From an uncultured Candidatus Saccharibacteria bacterium (lineage in GTDB: Bacteria; Patescibacteriota; WWE3; UBA101185; UBA10185), in assembly GCA_964396025.1 (NCBI GenBank), contig CAYNBT010000002.1, positions 37,030 through 101,029 of the forward strand: a stretch of DNA of 64,000 nt. Reading direction: 5' to 3'. The position numbers were made by a program, and so were the translations under genes. This document shows, in pieces, positions 8,385-19,058 of the stretch. The stretch's first letter is position 1; every line of letters starts with the position of its first letter. The notes under the pieces were generated by a model. It had not been told where the DNA came from, made no database searches, and saw only the letters and a program-made list of their open reading frames with translations.

Positions 8385-10199
8385 ATGTCATTTGTGTGTG
8401 ATAAAAACAAAATTAGAAATTTTTGCATAATAGCCCATATTGATCATGGAAAATCCACTTTAGCAGACAGATTTTTGGAGCTTACCCATACTGTAGAAAA
8501 ACGTAAGTTGGTATCACAGCAGTTAGATAGTATGGAGTTGGAGAGAGAACGTGGTATCACAATAAAACTTAAGGCAGTTCGCATGGCGTATGAGCATAAT
8601 CACGAACACTATCAATTAAATCTCATTGATACTCCGGGCCATGTTGATTTTTCGTATGAGGTTTCACGTTCTTTGGCTGCCTGTGAAGGCGCAATTCTGG
8701 TGGTGGACGCTAGCCAAGGTATTGAAGCCCAGACAGTATCCAACGTGTACAAAGCAATGGAAGCCAATCTAACAATAATCCCCGTTTTGAACAAAGTGGA
8801 TCTTCCAAATGCGAATGTTGAACATGTAACAAGAGATGTGGTTAAGACATTTGGTTTTAAGGAAGAAGAAATTTTGCAAGTATCGGCCAAGACCGGACTC
8901 GGTTTGGAAGCCCTGTTCCAGGCAGTTATTGAACGTATACCTGCTCCGGATGGTATTACTGAAGCGCCCCTCAGAGCACTGATCTTTGATACATACTACG
9001 ATGATTTCTTAGGCGTTGTTGCCATGGTAAAAATTGAAGACGGAAGTATCAAGCATAAAGACGTATTAGCACGAGAAAAAATTAAATTTTTGGCCACACA
9101 AGCGATTTCGGTACCAGAGGAAATTGGCATTTTGATTCCTACTCGCTCAAAAATCCCTGAACTCAGTGCTGGTGAAGTTGGTTACATTGCTACTGGTCTC
9201 AAAGACATTCATAAAGTCAAGGTTGGGGACACAATCTCATTTGCAAAAGACTCTGTAGAAGCCCTACATGGATACAAAGAAGTAAAGCCTTTTGTGTTTG
9301 TATCCATTTATCCTATTGATACAGCAAAGTTTCCGGATTTACGCGAAGCGCTTGAAAAACTTTCTTTGTCGGATTCCTCGCTAGCTTTTGAGCCTGAAAG
9401 CAGTTCGGCTTTAGGTTTTGGCTTCAGATGTGGGTTTTTGGGATTACTTCACGCAGACATTGTTCAAGAACGTTTGGAGCGAGAGTACGACTTGGACCTG
9501 ATCTCAACTACACCTACAGTTGAATATAAAGTGTACCTAACGGATGGTTCGGTAGTTCCTATCAAGACAGCGTCTGCGCTTCCGGAAGTAACCAAAATCG
9601 ATGAAGTGCATGAACCATGGATTTTGCTTCATATTGTTACCCCTGCTACATACACCGGTGGAATCATAACTTTGTGCGAAAAAAGACGAGGCGAGCTCAA
9701 AAAGATGGAGTATCCAACCGAAGACAAAGTAATATTTTCTTACGAAATTCCTCTTTCGGAACTGATTCACAACTTTTTTGACGAATTGAAAACAATTTCT
9801 TCGGGCTTTGCAAGCCTTGATTATGAGCTTTTGGAATACAGGAAAGCAGATGTGGTTAAATTGGATATTCTTGTTCATGGGGACGTAGTAGCGCCTCTTT
9901 CTCAAATTGTTTTAAAAGCTACTGCGGCTGAAACAGGCAAGAAGGTGTTGGCAAAACTCAAAGATACTATTCCAAAACAGCAGTTCAAAGTTGCATTGCA
10001 GGCTGCAATCGGTGGCAAGATTGTGGCTAGAGAAGATATATCAAGTGTTGGGAAAAACGTGCTTGCTAAGATGTCTGGGGGCCATAGAGAACGAAAGGAT
10101 AAGTTATTGGAGAAACAACGAAAAGGCAAAGAGCGCCTTAAGCGCGTAGGTAAAATAGACATTCCCCAAGACGCTTTTAGAGAAATTCTAAAAACTTAG
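8385..10199 (+). CDS. lepA: Elongation factor 4 (LepA).
   Basis: IRNFCIIAHIDHGKSTLADR... is the G-domain. The overall length and the C-terminal LepA-specific region fit. Confidence 0.9.
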   Translation: MSFVCDKNKIRNFCIIAHIDHGKSTLADRFLELTHTVEKRKLVSQQLDSMELERERGITIKLKAVRMAYEHNHEHYQLNLIDTPGHVDFSYEVSRSLAACEGAILVVDASQGIEAQTVSNVYKAMEANLTIIPVLNKVDLPNANVEHVTRDVVKTFGFKEEEILQVSAKTGLGLEALFQAVIERIPAPDGITEAPLRALIFDTYYDDFLGVVAMVKIEDGSIKHKDVLAREKIKFLATQAISVPEEIGILIPTRSKIPELSAGEVGYIATGLKDIHKVKVGDTISFAKDSVEALHGYKEVKPFVFVSIYPIDTAKFPDLREALEKLSLSDSSLAFEPESSSALGFGFRCGFLGLLHADIVQERLEREYDLDLISTTPTVEYKVYLTDGSVVPIKTASALPEVTKIDEVHEPWILLHIVTPATYTGGIITLCEKRRGELKKMEYPTEDKVIFSYEIPLSELIHNFFDELKTISSGFASLDYELLEYRKADVVKLDILVHGDVVAPLSQIVLKATAAETGKKVLAKLKDTIPKQQFKVALQAAIGGKIVAREDISSVGKNVLAKMSGGHRERKDKLLEKQRKGKERLKRVGKIDIPQDAFREILKT

Positions 10200-10202
10200 A
10201 TA

Positions 10203-10238
10203 TTGACACTTCTAGCACTCTTGGTATATTAGTGATAA
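10203..10238 (+). promoter_or_regulatory. Putative sigma-70 type promoter (-35 TTGACA 10203-10208, -10 TATATT 10225-10230) overlapping a CIRCE-like inverted repeat (cTAGCACTC-N9-tAGTGaTAA, 10212-10238) upstream of hrcA.
   Basis: I read these directly from the sequence. The CIRCE consensus is TTAGCACTC-N9-GAGTGCTAA, and this is an imperfect match. It sits immediately 5' of hrcA-grpE-dnaK-dnaJ. Confidence 0.55.
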
Positions 10239-10241
10239 CGT

Positions 10242-10964
10242 ATGCTAACCGACAGACAGATAGAGCTATTAGAAGCCATTATAAATGAATACTTAGATAC
10301 CTCGGAGCCTGTGGGTTCGAGTTCATTAGTGAAGAAATACAGGATCAAATGTTCTGCGGCCACAGTAAGGAATGAAATGGCGCGGCTATTTGATCAAGGC
10401 TTTTTGAATATGCTTCACACGTCTTCTGGTAGAGTACCTACATCCCGTGCTTACAGATTTTTTCTAGAAAAATTGGTGCACGAAGACGAAATGCCTGTTT
10501 TGCAAGAAGTAGCTATTAAACAGCGTCTTTGGAGTCATAGATATAATTTTGAGCATTTATTGCGTGAGGCTACCTTGGCCTTGGCAGATGTAACCAAGAT
10601 GTTGGTATTCGCTACGTCCGAAAATTCTTATGTTGTGCACGCTGGTGCTGTGCATGTGCTGGATTATGCCGAGTTTTGGGATATTGAAACAGCTAAGTCT
10701 GTTTTTCATCTTATGGACCGATATGAGCTTTTAGAACGCGTTTTTAATAAAATTCCCCACGGTGGGCGTGTGAAGGTTCTTATTGGAGATGAAATAGGCA
10801 ATGAGCATATGTCCAATTGCAGCGTAGCTTTTGCTGGGTATCAAGTGGGGAATAGGGTAGGTAACATAGGTATAATTGGGCCTTCTAGGATGCAGTATTC
10901 ATCTATATTACCGGCACTTAAATATACAACATCATTAGTGGAAGAACTTGGAGGCAGCTGGTAA
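10242..10964 (+). CDS. hrcA: Heat-inducible transcription repressor HrcA, short form of 240 aa.
   Basis: The N-terminal LTDRQIELLEAIINEYLDTSEPVGSSSL...SAATVRNEMARL winged-helix region is typical of HrcA. It is followed by grpE-dnaK-dnaJ. Confidence 0.8.
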   Translation: MLTDRQIELLEAIINEYLDTSEPVGSSSLVKKYRIKCSAATVRNEMARLFDQGFLNMLHTSSGRVPTSRAYRFFLEKLVHEDEMPVLQEVAIKQRLWSHRYNFEHLLREATLALADVTKMLVFATSENSYVVHAGAVHVLDYAEFWDIETAKSVFHLMDRYELLERVFNKIPHGGRVKVLIGDEIGNEHMSNCSVAFAGYQVGNRVGNIGIIGPSRMQYSSILPALKYTTSLVEELGGSW

Positions 10965-11413
10965 TGGATACGCAGGATATGGAGGTTTTGCAACAGCAGG
11001 TTGCCGATCTAGAAAATAATTGGAAGCGTGCCCTCGCAGACTATGCAAATCTTCAAAAAAGGATGTATGAGGAACGCAGTGATTTAGTGAAGTTTGCTAA
11101 TTCAAGTTTAATTGCCAAGATTCTCCCTGTTTTAGACAATCTGGAGCTTGTGCAAAAACATAGCAAAGATTTAGGGTTAGATATGATCATCAAAGATCTT
11201 AGGCAAACCTTACTAGAAGAAGGCGTAGAAGAAATTTTGGTTGAGGGAAAGGATTTTGATTCGTTTCTTATGGATGCAATAGATTCAGTAGAGGGCCCAA
11301 AAGACAAGATCATGGAAGTAGTTCAAAAAGGATATTTATTAAAAGGTAAAGTTTTAAGACCGGCTCGCGTAAAAGTTGGTCGAGGGGAAGAAACCCTCAA
11401 GGAGGAAAATTAA
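10964..11413 (+). CDS. grpE: Nucleotide exchange factor GrpE.
   Basis: A coiled-coil N-terminus is followed by the C-terminal beta domain ([16 protein letters not shown]...[14 protein letters not shown]). It sits in the chaperone operon. Its start overlaps the hrcA stop as TAATG. Confidence 0.85.
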   Translation: MDTQDMEVLQQQVADLENNWKRALADYANLQKRMYEERSDLVKFANSSLIAKILPVLDNLELVQKHSKDLGLDMIIKDLRQTLLEEGVEEILVEGKDFDSFLMDAIDSVEGPKDKIMEVVQKGYLLKGKVLRPARVKVGRGEETLKEEN

Positions 11414-11414
11414 T

Positions 11415-13307
11415 ATGGCAAAAATTATAGGAATAGATTTAGGTACAACAAATAGTGCAATGTCAGTAATGGAGGGGGGTCAGGTTAAGGTAATACCAAA
11501 CCACGAAGGTGCAAACACCACACCGTCTATTGTGACCATTGGAACAAATGAATTGGTTGGAGTGACTGCAAAAAGACAGCAAGTTGTAAATCCAAAAAAC
11601 ACAATCTTTAGCGTAAAGCGCTTAATGGGAAGGAGATATTCCGATCCAGAGGTACAGAAGGTGAAGAAAGATGTTCCCTACGCAGTTGTGGAAGGTCCCA
11701 ACGGTGTTGCATGCGTAGAGATAGATGGACGTGCTTACACCCCACAAGAAATCTCAGCAAAAATTCTAATAAAACTAAAACAAGACGCAGAAAAATATCT
11801 AGGCCAACCCGTTACCGAAGCCGTGATTACCGTTCCTGCGTACTTTGACGACTCTCAAAGAACGGCCACAAAAGAAGCTGGTAAAATTGCCGGCTTAGAG
11901 GTTAAGAGAATCATCAACGAACCTACTGCCGCAGCATTGGCTTATGGTTTAGACAAAAAACACAATCAAAAAATTGCAGTGTACGATTTGGGTGGTGGTA
12001 CCTTTGACGTTTCTATTTTGGAGATTGGCGAAGGCGTTTTTGAAGTAAAAGCAACTAATGGTGATACTCACCTTGGAGGTGATGATTTTGATCAAAAAAT
12101 TATAAATTGGATGATTGAGGAATTTAAGAAAGATCAAGGTGTTGATCTTTCTGCAGACAAGCAAGCATTGCAACGTCTTAAAGACGCTGGTGAGCGCGCT
12201 AAGATCGAACTTTCATCTGCAATGGAAACCGAAATAAGCATCCCTTTTATAACAGCTGATGCAACCGGCCCAAAGCATCTTAGCTACAAACTTACCAGAG
12301 CAAAACTAGAACAATTGGTGGAAGATTTGGTAAGACGCACTATTATTCCAATGGAAAATGCTCTTAAGGATGCAGGAATCTCCAAGTCTGATATTGCAGA
12401 AGTAATCATGGTTGGCGGAATGACTAGAATGCCTAAAGTGACCGAGGTTGTAAAAGACTTTTTTGGCAAGGAACCTCATAAAGGTGTTAACCCTGACGAA
12501 GTTGTGGCCATTGGAGCTGCTATTCAAGGTGGGGTTTTGGGTGGCGACGTAAAAGACGTTTTGCTTTTGGATGTTACTCCGCTAACTTTAGGACTTGAAA
12601 CACTTGGTGGTGTAAGCACGCCATTGATTAAACGAAATACTACAATACCTACCTCGGCATCTCAGGTGTTTAGTACAGCCGCAGATAACCAGACGAGTGT
12701 TGAGATTAATGTGTTGCAAGGAGAGCGCGAAATGGCTGGCGATAACAAATCACTTGGTAGATTTATATTGGACGGAATTCCTCCATCTCCTAGAGGCGTA
12801 CCTCAGGTTGAAGTTAAGTTTGATATTGATGCTAACGGGATCTTACATGTTTCTGCAAAAGATAAGGCTTCGGGTAAAGAACAAAAGATTACTATTCAGG
12901 GCGGTACAGGGCTAGACAAAGATCAAGTCGAAAAAATGGTCCGTGAAGCAGAATCTCACGCTGATGCTGACAAAAAGAAAAAGGCTGAAGTTGAAGCAAG
13001 AAACCTAGCAGACAATCTTTGCTATACGGGTGAAAAAGCTCTTAAGGAGGCGGGGGACAAGGTTCCTGCAGATCTTAAGGCCGATATTGAATCCAAAATC
13101 AAAGATGTTCGTGACAACCTACATACTGCATCTGTGGATGAATTAAAAACCAAGACACAGGTATTATCTGATGCGTTGCAAAAGATCGGCCAGTTAATGT
13201 ACGAACAGCCTCAAGCAGGACAAGCGGGTGGAACTGATTCCAGTAAGACTTCAGACGATAAAAAAGAAAATCCTAGTGAACCCGTTGAAGGTGAAGTTGT
13301 AGAATAG
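11415..13307 (+). CDS. dnaK: Chaperone DnaK (Hsp70).
   Basis: An internal ATG at 11415 gives [14 protein letters not shown].... Hsp70 signatures are present throughout ([20 protein letters not shown]-less C-terminus). Confidence 0.95.
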   Translation: MAKIIGIDLGTTNSAMSVMEGGQVKVIPNHEGANTTPSIVTIGTNELVGVTAKRQQVVNPKNTIFSVKRLMGRRYSDPEVQKVKKDVPYAVVEGPNGVACVEIDGRAYTPQEISAKILIKLKQDAEKYLGQPVTEAVITVPAYFDDSQRTATKEAGKIAGLEVKRIINEPTAAALAYGLDKKHNQKIAVYDLGGGTFDVSILEIGEGVFEVKATNGDTHLGGDDFDQKIINWMIEEFKKDQGVDLSADKQALQRLKDAGERAKIELSSAMETEISIPFITADATGPKHLSYKLTRAKLEQLVEDLVRRTIIPMENALKDAGISKSDIAEVIMVGGMTRMPKVTEVVKDFFGKEPHKGVNPDEVVAIGAAIQGGVLGGDVKDVLLLDVTPLTLGLETLGGVSTPLIKRNTTIPTSASQVFSTAADNQTSVEINVLQGEREMAGDNKSLGRFILDGIPPSPRGVPQVEVKFDIDANGILHVSAKDKASGKEQKITIQGGTGLDKDQVEKMVREAESHADADKKKKAEVEARNLADNLCYTGEKALKEAGDKVPADLKADIESKIKDVRDNLHTASVDELKTKTQVLSDALQKIGQLMYEQPQAGQAGGTDSSKTSDDKKENPSEPVEGEVVE

Positions 13308-13316
13308 GAGCTTTTT

Positions 13317-14240
13317 ATGGCCTCCGAAAAAAACTACTACGATATCTTGGGAGTTTCTAAAACCGCCACACCTGACGAAATAAAAAAAGCCTATCGAAAT
13401 ATGGCTCGCGAACACCATCCTGACATGGTCAAGGATGGTGCAAAGCATACCGCCGAGCAGCGCTTTAAAGAGATAAATGAAGCCTACCAAGTTTTGAGTG
13501 ATCCAGAAAAGAAGCGTATGTACGATCAGTTTGGCAGCGCAGGACCTAATGCTGGCCCATCCGGATTTGGTGGTGGCGCAGGTGGTCAGTGGGGACCTTT
13601 TAGCTATTCATATACAACCCAAGGCAACAACGGCTTTGGTGATTTTGATCCATTTGATGTATTTGCTGAGGTTTTTGGGTCTCGTGGCTTTGGTGGAAGA
13701 GGCCGAGCTCCTCAAAAAGGAAAAAATCTTTACTACGAAATGCATTTGGAGTTTGTTGATGCGCTAAGAGGGTTTGAACGCGAGGTTCAAACCGAAAGCG
13801 GTAGGGTTAAAGTGAAGGTTCCCGCGGGAGTCAGAGATGGCACCGAAATGCGTTTTCCCGGAAAAGGTATGCCTGGACCAAACAATTTACCGGCAGGTGA
13901 TTTGTTTCTTACCTTTAGAGTTAGAATTCCAAGAGAGTTTCAGGTTTTGGGGAACAGCTTGGGTGTAGCTTTGGAGTTGCCATACGTTCAAGCCGTACTT
14001 GGGGATACTGTTGAAGTGCCCGTGGTGGATACTAGTTCTAAAAACGGCGTAGGTACAGCAAAGCTAAAGATTCCTGCTGGGACTCAGCATGGGGCCCAAT
14101 TTAGATTAAGAGGAAAAGGTTTGCCGATTGTAAATTCCTCGAGTACAGGTGATGTGATAGTTCAAGTTTTTATCACGATTCCAACTAAATTGTCTAGGGA
14201 ACAAAAAAAGCTTTTGGAAGAACTAAAAAAGCTGGATTAG
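13317..14240 (+). CDS. J-domain co-chaperone (DnaJ/CbpA-like, no Cys-rich zinc-finger region).
   Basis: The J domain YYDILGVSKTATPDEIKKAYRNMAREHHPD has the HPD motif. A Gly/Phe-rich linker and a C-terminal beta-sandwich substrate domain follow. No CxxCxGxG repeats are present. AGGAG lies upstream. Confidence 0.85.
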   Translation: MASEKNYYDILGVSKTATPDEIKKAYRNMAREHHPDMVKDGAKHTAEQRFKEINEAYQVLSDPEKKRMYDQFGSAGPNAGPSGFGGGAGGQWGPFSYSYTTQGNNGFGDFDPFDVFAEVFGSRGFGGRGRAPQKGKNLYYEMHLEFVDALRGFEREVQTESGRVKVKVPAGVRDGTEMRFPGKGMPGPNNLPAGDLFLTFRVRIPREFQVLGNSLGVALELPYVQAVLGDTVEVPVVDTSSKNGVGTAKLKIPAGTQHGAQFRLRGKGLPIVNSSSTGDVIVQVFITIPTKLSREQKKLLEELKKLD

Positions 14241-14269
14241 CATGTTCCCATACACCTCCAGCTTTCTAC

Positions 14270-14854
14270 TTATTTGTTCATATATTGATTTATCAATTCT
14301 ATTGTAACAATGTCCCCGGCTTTGGCAGGTACCCTAAACAAAGTGTTTTCAACCGTACCCATAATAAAACCTTCAATGATAAGTGTTCTGTAATCATAAG
14401 ATTCTGTGTCCGTACTGTAGGCTACACCAAAATCCTGCGTTCCCCAGAGAACCAACTTTCCTGTAGTTAGTGGTTTTAATAAACGCACAATTGCATAACT
14501 AGGGGAAGTTGGTGCGCTAAGAAGAGCTGCCTCACCGTCCAACAACACAGTTCCTGCGGCGCTGATAGTCATAAGATAAGTATGTTCCGGCTTTAGCTTG
14601 GGGAAACTAAAACCTCTGAGTTGATAGTACCCAAGAACACTCTTGTCCTTTGCTAGCGGTATAGTATAAATCATTCCCTGGGTTGTGTAGTCAACGGATT
14701 GGCCAACGAATGCAGGGGCGATTTCACCCGGTGTTGGAACATAGTTGATTGTGACTATTAGATCCTTCTTTGTGAGTTGCCATGTTACAACGCTGATTGT
14801 TAAGAGAATTGCCAGTATAAGACCTACCAAGATAACGTAACTAGTGTATTTCAC
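14270..14854 (-). CDS. Hypothetical membrane-anchored protein (N-terminal TM segment, beta-rich ectodomain).
   Basis: It is an ORF with an N-terminal hydrophobic anchor (VILVGLILAILLTISVV). I do not recognise a family. Confidence 0.4.
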   Translation of the reverse strand: MKYTSYVILVGLILAILLTISVVTWQLTKKDLIVTINYVPTPGEIAPAFVGQSVDYTTQGMIYTIPLAKDKSVLGYYQLRGFSFPKLKPEHTYLMTISAAGTVLLDGEAALLSAPTSPSYAIVRLLKPLTTGKLVLWGTQDFGVAYSTDTESYDYRTLIIEGFIMGTVENTLFRVPAKAGDIVTIELINQYMNK

Positions 14855-14925
14855 ATTTCACCTCTTCGTATAGATGTTTTGTGTGATATTAGGGGGTTAT
14901 ATAACGATTGTCAAATGCTATGAGT

Positions 14926-16176
14926 TTAACTAGCCGGTGTGTATATTGTTTGCAGTGCCTTGGCTGCTTTTCTGCGGATTTCTATTTCTTTTCTGTACTG
15001 TATGACTTCGTCACTTTTAATGTTTCCCTGAGAAATTTCATTTAGAGCTTCTTGAGTATATTCGTTAACGGTTAGTGGATTTCTCATTTGAAGCCCCTTG
15101 GGTGATGTTTCATAAACATTACCTCGGTCAAAATACAAGTCGTATGCGGCTTCCAACAGCAATCCTCTGTGGGCCTCCTGTCTTTGTGCCTCTATCTCAT
15201 CTTTGTTGGGCCAACGAAGTCTTTTGTCGTCTTTGGTTCTTATCATCAATGCTTCCGCTTCAGGACTATCTTCTTTAAAGAATTGAGGACCGTGCGATTC
15301 TAGCCTATCAAGTGCTGCAAGAACCTGTTCCTCTGTAGAGGGAATCATTCTCTTTGATCCTGCCACTTGTACCCATTCTTGTCGCGCTTCCCTATACTTC
15401 ATCATTGCTTCTTCTTGCTCTGGGCTTCTGGGCGCAGCCTTTTCCCCAGTAAGGTTCTGCATATGTAGTACTGCTCTTTCGTAAACATTGGGTAATTCTC
15501 GTTCCTTTTCTACTATTCTTGCTGCAAGTTTTCTTCCACGTTCCATGAGTTCGGGTAGTTCCGCCTTGCGTTCGTGCCATATTTGAAGTTGCTTTTCGTC
15601 TATTCCACGTTCCTGCAATCTTTTCAAGAGTGCAAGGTTCACAGCCGGTTGCAACTTTGCATGATGTTGCGTTGGGCCGCATAGCATTTCCCAGCCAGCG
15701 TCTAGATCCGCAAGTCTTAGTTCTCTTCCACTGAGGTCATCAACGAGCTCAGTGATATATCTGTTATCTCTCATACTGCGTAAATTATTTAGCTCAGGGC
15801 CAATTGTGAGTTCTTTTAGCGAATCTGTAGAAAGGGCAAAATACACATTGTCAGGCATATTTGCTCTTGTTTCTATTTGTGGTTGTCCTAGAAAAGCCCC
15901 GGCGTAAGCAATAATTTCTGGGGTGTTAGCAGGTACAAAAACGTTTTCGTGTGTAATTTCTTTCCAGTTTTTAACTACGTCCGCATATCCTTCTTTAAGG
16001 CTGTTTAACTCTTCTGCCTTTTCCTTATTATTCTTGGGCCTGTTTGTCTCGTTTGTCGATTCTTCGTAACTGTCCGTTTTCTTGCCTTCTGCCCACTCTT
16101 TGGCATTACTCACACTACCTATCTTATATCCTTCAGTATGAATATCTACATGCCCAGCTTCTGCAAATGGTGCCAT
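14926..16176 (-). CDS. Hypothetical soluble protein of 416 aa, rich in charged residues, with locally higher GC.
   Basis: It is a long ORF with no TM segment or signal peptide. A long alternate-frame ORF (15392..15682) signals higher GC here than in neighbouring genes. I do not recognise a family. Confidence 0.45.
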   Translation of the reverse strand: MAPFAEAGHVDIHTEGYKIGSVSNAKEWAEGKKTDSYEESTNETNRPKNNKEKAEELNSLKEGYADVVKNWKEITHENVFVPANTPEIIAYAGAFLGQPQIETRANMPDNVYFALSTDSLKELTIGPELNNLRSMRDNRYITELVDDLSGRELRLADLDAGWEMLCGPTQHHAKLQPAVNLALLKRLQERGIDEKQLQIWHERKAELPELMERGRKLAARIVEKERELPNVYERAVLHMQNLTGEKAAPRSPEQEEAMMKYREARQEWVQVAGSKRMIPSTEEQVLAALDRLESHGPQFFKEDSPEAEALMIRTKDDKRLRWPNKDEIEAQRQEAHRGLLLEAAYDLYFDRGNVYETSPKGLQMRNPLTVNEYTQEALNEISQGNIKSDEVIQYRKEIEIRRKAAKALQTIYTPAS

Positions 16177-16261
16177 ACAGAAATTATAATCATTTGAAAT
16201 ATAAGTGTATATATGGTATTTTACATGTTGTTATACAGGTAGTATTATAAGTTTAGTATTT

Positions 16262-16288
16262 AGGTGGGGTTCCCCACCTTTTTATTTG
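16262..16288 (+). terminator. Intrinsic-terminator-like hairpin in the nusA 5' leader (AGGTGGGG-TT-CCCCACCT followed by TTTTTATTT), 18 nt upstream of the nusA ATG.
   Basis: The sequence shows a perfect 8-bp GC-rich inverted repeat followed by a U-tract. No plus-strand gene ends upstream of it, so it is not a simple 3' terminator. Confidence 0.5.
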
Positions 16289-16306
16289 AAAGGACATAGT
16301 TTTAAA

Positions 16307-17452
16307 ATGGCGTTAACAGAATTCAATTCTGCAATAAATCAGGTAGCAACCGAGCGGGGTATACCCGTAGAAAGTGTAATGGAAAGCATTAGGGTTGCTC
16401 TAGCTACAGCCTACAAAAGAGACTACGGTGGCGATATAAAGGATGTTGTTGTAGATCTTAATGAGGATACAGGTGAAGCTAGAATTTTAAAAGACGGTGA
16501 AGATGTTACCCCAGCAGGTTTTGGTAGAATCGCTGCCCAAACCGCTAAGCAGGTAATTTTGCAAAAAATAAGAGAGACAGAAAAAGATATAGTTACCAAC
16601 GAATACAAGTCTAAAATAGGCACAATCGTTACAGGGCATATCTTTAGGTCAGACAGCGGTGTTGTAGTTTTAGACTTAGGTAAGGCGCAAGGTGTGCTGC
16701 CTCAATCCGAGCAGGTTCAATCCGAACAATACAGAATAAACCAGAGACTTAAAGTTTTGGTAAAGGATGTAAGACAAACCACACGAGGTACAGAAATAAT
16801 AGTTTCTAGAGCTGATTCTGATTTTGTAAGAAGGTTGTTTGAGCAAGAAGTCCCAGAGATTGCTTCCGGTGTAGTTAGAATAGAAGCAATTGCCCGAGAA
16901 GCTGGTTCAAGAACTAAGATGTCGGTTTCTTCAAGTGACGAGAAGGTTGATCCGGTTGGAAGCTGTGTTGGACAAAAGGGTGTGAGAGTTCAATCCATCA
17001 TCTCCGAACTCTTTGGTGAGAAAATAGACATTGTTCCTTACTCATTTGTGGTAGATAAATTTATTGCCGCTAGCCTTTCTCCAGCCAAAGTTATTGATGT
17101 TGAACTTTTTCACGACGAAAAAAGAGCTCTTGTTACGGTTCCTGAGGATCAACAAAGCTTGGCAATTGGTAAAGAAGGTCAAAACGCCCGACTTGCTAAT
17201 AAGTTAACCAAGTGGAAAATAGATATTAAAGGTGCTCAAGGGTTTTTTGGTGAAACCACTACAACGTCTAAGAGCAGTGCCAAAGAAGCAGCAAGCGCTG
17301 TTGTTGGTATCTGGGATCAAGATATTAAAGATAAAGATATTAGGGATAATGATGCCAAACTAGCAAAACAAGCAGCAAAAGATGCTGCTAAGGAAGCTAT
17401 GCAGCAAGATCCAGTGGATTCTACATCAGATTCAGTCGACGAAAATGCCTAA
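16307..17452 (+). CDS. nusA: Transcription termination/antitermination factor NusA.
   Basis: An internal ATG at 16307 gives MALTEFNSAINQVATERGIPVESVMESIRVALATAYKR, the NusA N-terminal domain. S1 and KH domains follow (GVVRIEAIAREAGSRTKM...GQKGVRVQSIISEL). Confidence 0.9.
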   Translation: MALTEFNSAINQVATERGIPVESVMESIRVALATAYKRDYGGDIKDVVVDLNEDTGEARILKDGEDVTPAGFGRIAAQTAKQVILQKIRETEKDIVTNEYKSKIGTIVTGHIFRSDSGVVVLDLGKAQGVLPQSEQVQSEQYRINQRLKVLVKDVRQTTRGTEIIVSRADSDFVRRLFEQEVPEIASGVVRIEAIAREAGSRTKMSVSSSDEKVDPVGSCVGQKGVRVQSIISELFGEKIDIVPYSFVVDKFIAASLSPAKVIDVELFHDEKRALVTVPEDQQSLAIGKEGQNARLANKLTKWKIDIKGAQGFFGETTTTSKSSAKEAASAVVGIWDQDIKDKDIRDNDAKLAKQAAKDAAKEAMQQDPVDSTSDSVDENA

Positions 17453-17476
17453 ACCGAGACTGCAAATTATTGGAAT

Positions 17477-18970
17477 ATGTCTAAACATGATGATAAGAAG
17501 AAATCAGAATATTCTTTCCGCGCTCCAATTGTTACAGTCATGGGGCACGTTGATCATGGCAAAACGAGCATTTTAGACGCAATAAGAAAAACTAATATTC
17601 ATGAGAAAGAGTTTGGCGGGATTACGCAACATATTGGTGCTTATCAGATAATTTACAAAGATAATCCAATTACTTTTATAGATACACCGGGTCATGCAGC
17701 CTTTAGTCAGATGCGTTCCCGTGGCGGGAAAGCTGCTGACATTGTAGTATTGGTGGTAGCTGCTGATGATGGTGTTATGCCCCAGACTAAAGAGGCTATT
17801 GCGCATGCACATTCAGCAAATGTTCCCATTATTGTTGCTATAAATAAAACTGATCTTCCTGGTGCAGATCTTCAAAAAATCAAGCAGATGCTTTCACAAG
17901 AAAATGTTTTGGTTGAAGATTGGGGCGGCAAAATTGTTAGCGTAGAGGTTTCTGCCAAAACAGGAAAGAACATAAGCTTGCTTTTGGATTCTATTTTAGC
18001 GTTGGCAGAACAACTGGAGTTGAAATCACAGCCTAATGCAGACCTCGAGGCTCTAATAATTGAATCAAAACTGGATAAGAAGAAGGGTATTGTAGCCACG
18101 GCAATTGTAAAAACAGGCACTTTAAAAGTAGGCATGAGTGTTTACTCAGGTAACAGCAATGCTAAAGTTAGATCTTTGTTGAATGATCGTGGCGAATCCG
18201 TAAAGGAAGCTTTACCCTCAACCCCCGTGGAAGTAACCGGCTTTAAAGTTGTACCAAACGTAGGAGACCTTATTGTTGAAAAAGGTAGCGGTCTGGAAGA
18301 ACTTTCTACTTCAACCGATCGTATGGAGATTGTTGGCAAAGATACAAAAAAAGTTGTGGGAATTATCATTAAGGCCGATACCCAAGGGACCTTGGAAGCC
18401 ATAAAGGCAAGTTTAGCCCAAATTGTTACAACTTCTGCTGCAGCTACATTTTCACTTAAGTTCGTGTTATGCGCTACAGGGGATGTTTCTGATTCAGATG
18501 TATTGCTGGCTTCTACCACAGGAAGTGTGATTGTAGGATTCAATGTTGGGTCAGGGCCCTCCGTGAAAGACTTGGCTGAAATCAAGCATGTACCGTATAG
18601 AACGTACAAAACAATCTATGAACTTGTAGATGAGGTTTCCGATATGCTTGAGGGTGCAGCCTTTAATGAAGAATCTAAAGTTAAAGGTCGTGCAAGAGTT
18701 CTAAAAACATTCAAGCTACCTTCCGGTGATATTGTAATAGGCTGCTTGGTTATTGCAGGAGCCCTTAAGGTAGATAAGCGAGTTTCGATTTATGCAAAAG
18801 ATCCTGCAGATCTAACCCCGCACGATGTTCCTTTGTATACAGGTACTATAAAAACGCTAAAGATAAAGAAAGACGACGTTAATGTAGTAGGTAAAGACAA
18901 TGAGTGTGGTGTTTTCCTTAAGCCACAGTTTGAAGCAGCTGTTGAAGGTAACTTTTTAGAAATATTGTAA
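17477..18970 (+). CDS. infB: Translation initiation factor IF-2, short form starting at the G domain.
   Basis: [25 protein letters not shown]...DTPGHAAF...NKTD are the G-domain motifs. The C-terminal beta-barrels are present. It lies downstream of nusA. Confidence 0.9.
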   Translation: MSKHDDKKKSEYSFRAPIVTVMGHVDHGKTSILDAIRKTNIHEKEFGGITQHIGAYQIIYKDNPITFIDTPGHAAFSQMRSRGGKAADIVVLVVAADDGVMPQTKEAIAHAHSANVPIIVAINKTDLPGADLQKIKQMLSQENVLVEDWGGKIVSVEVSAKTGKNISLLLDSILALAEQLELKSQPNADLEALIIESKLDKKKGIVATAIVKTGTLKVGMSVYSGNSNAKVRSLLNDRGESVKEALPSTPVEVTGFKVVPNVGDLIVEKGSGLEELSTSTDRMEIVGKDTKKVVGIIIKADTQGTLEAIKASLAQIVTTSAAATFSLKFVLCATGDVSDSDVLLASTTGSVIVGFNVGSGPSVKDLAEIKHVPYRTYKTIYELVDEVSDMLEGAAFNEESKVKGRARVLKTFKLPSGDIVIGCLVIAGALKVDKRVSIYAKDPADLTPHDVPLYTGTIKTLKIKKDDVNVVGKDNECGVFLKPQFEAAVEGNFLEIL

Positions 18971-19058
18971 GTATCGCGTAGTTTGACCCCATAGCACTAT
19001 CATGCTATAGTGCCCTGTTCCAAGAGCTTAGCTCTTTGGACAATCTTGCCCAAAAAAT

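Noticed and set aside
10311-10325. A GGTTCGAGTTC T-loop-like motif that might indicate a tRNA.
   Set aside because: It lies inside the hrcA coding sequence (PVGSSSL), and no acceptor or anticodon arms can be built.
16262-16288. The hairpin as a terminator for the minus-strand gene 14926..16176.
   Set aside because: It lies upstream of that gene's start. In the minus orientation the stem is not followed by a U-tract.
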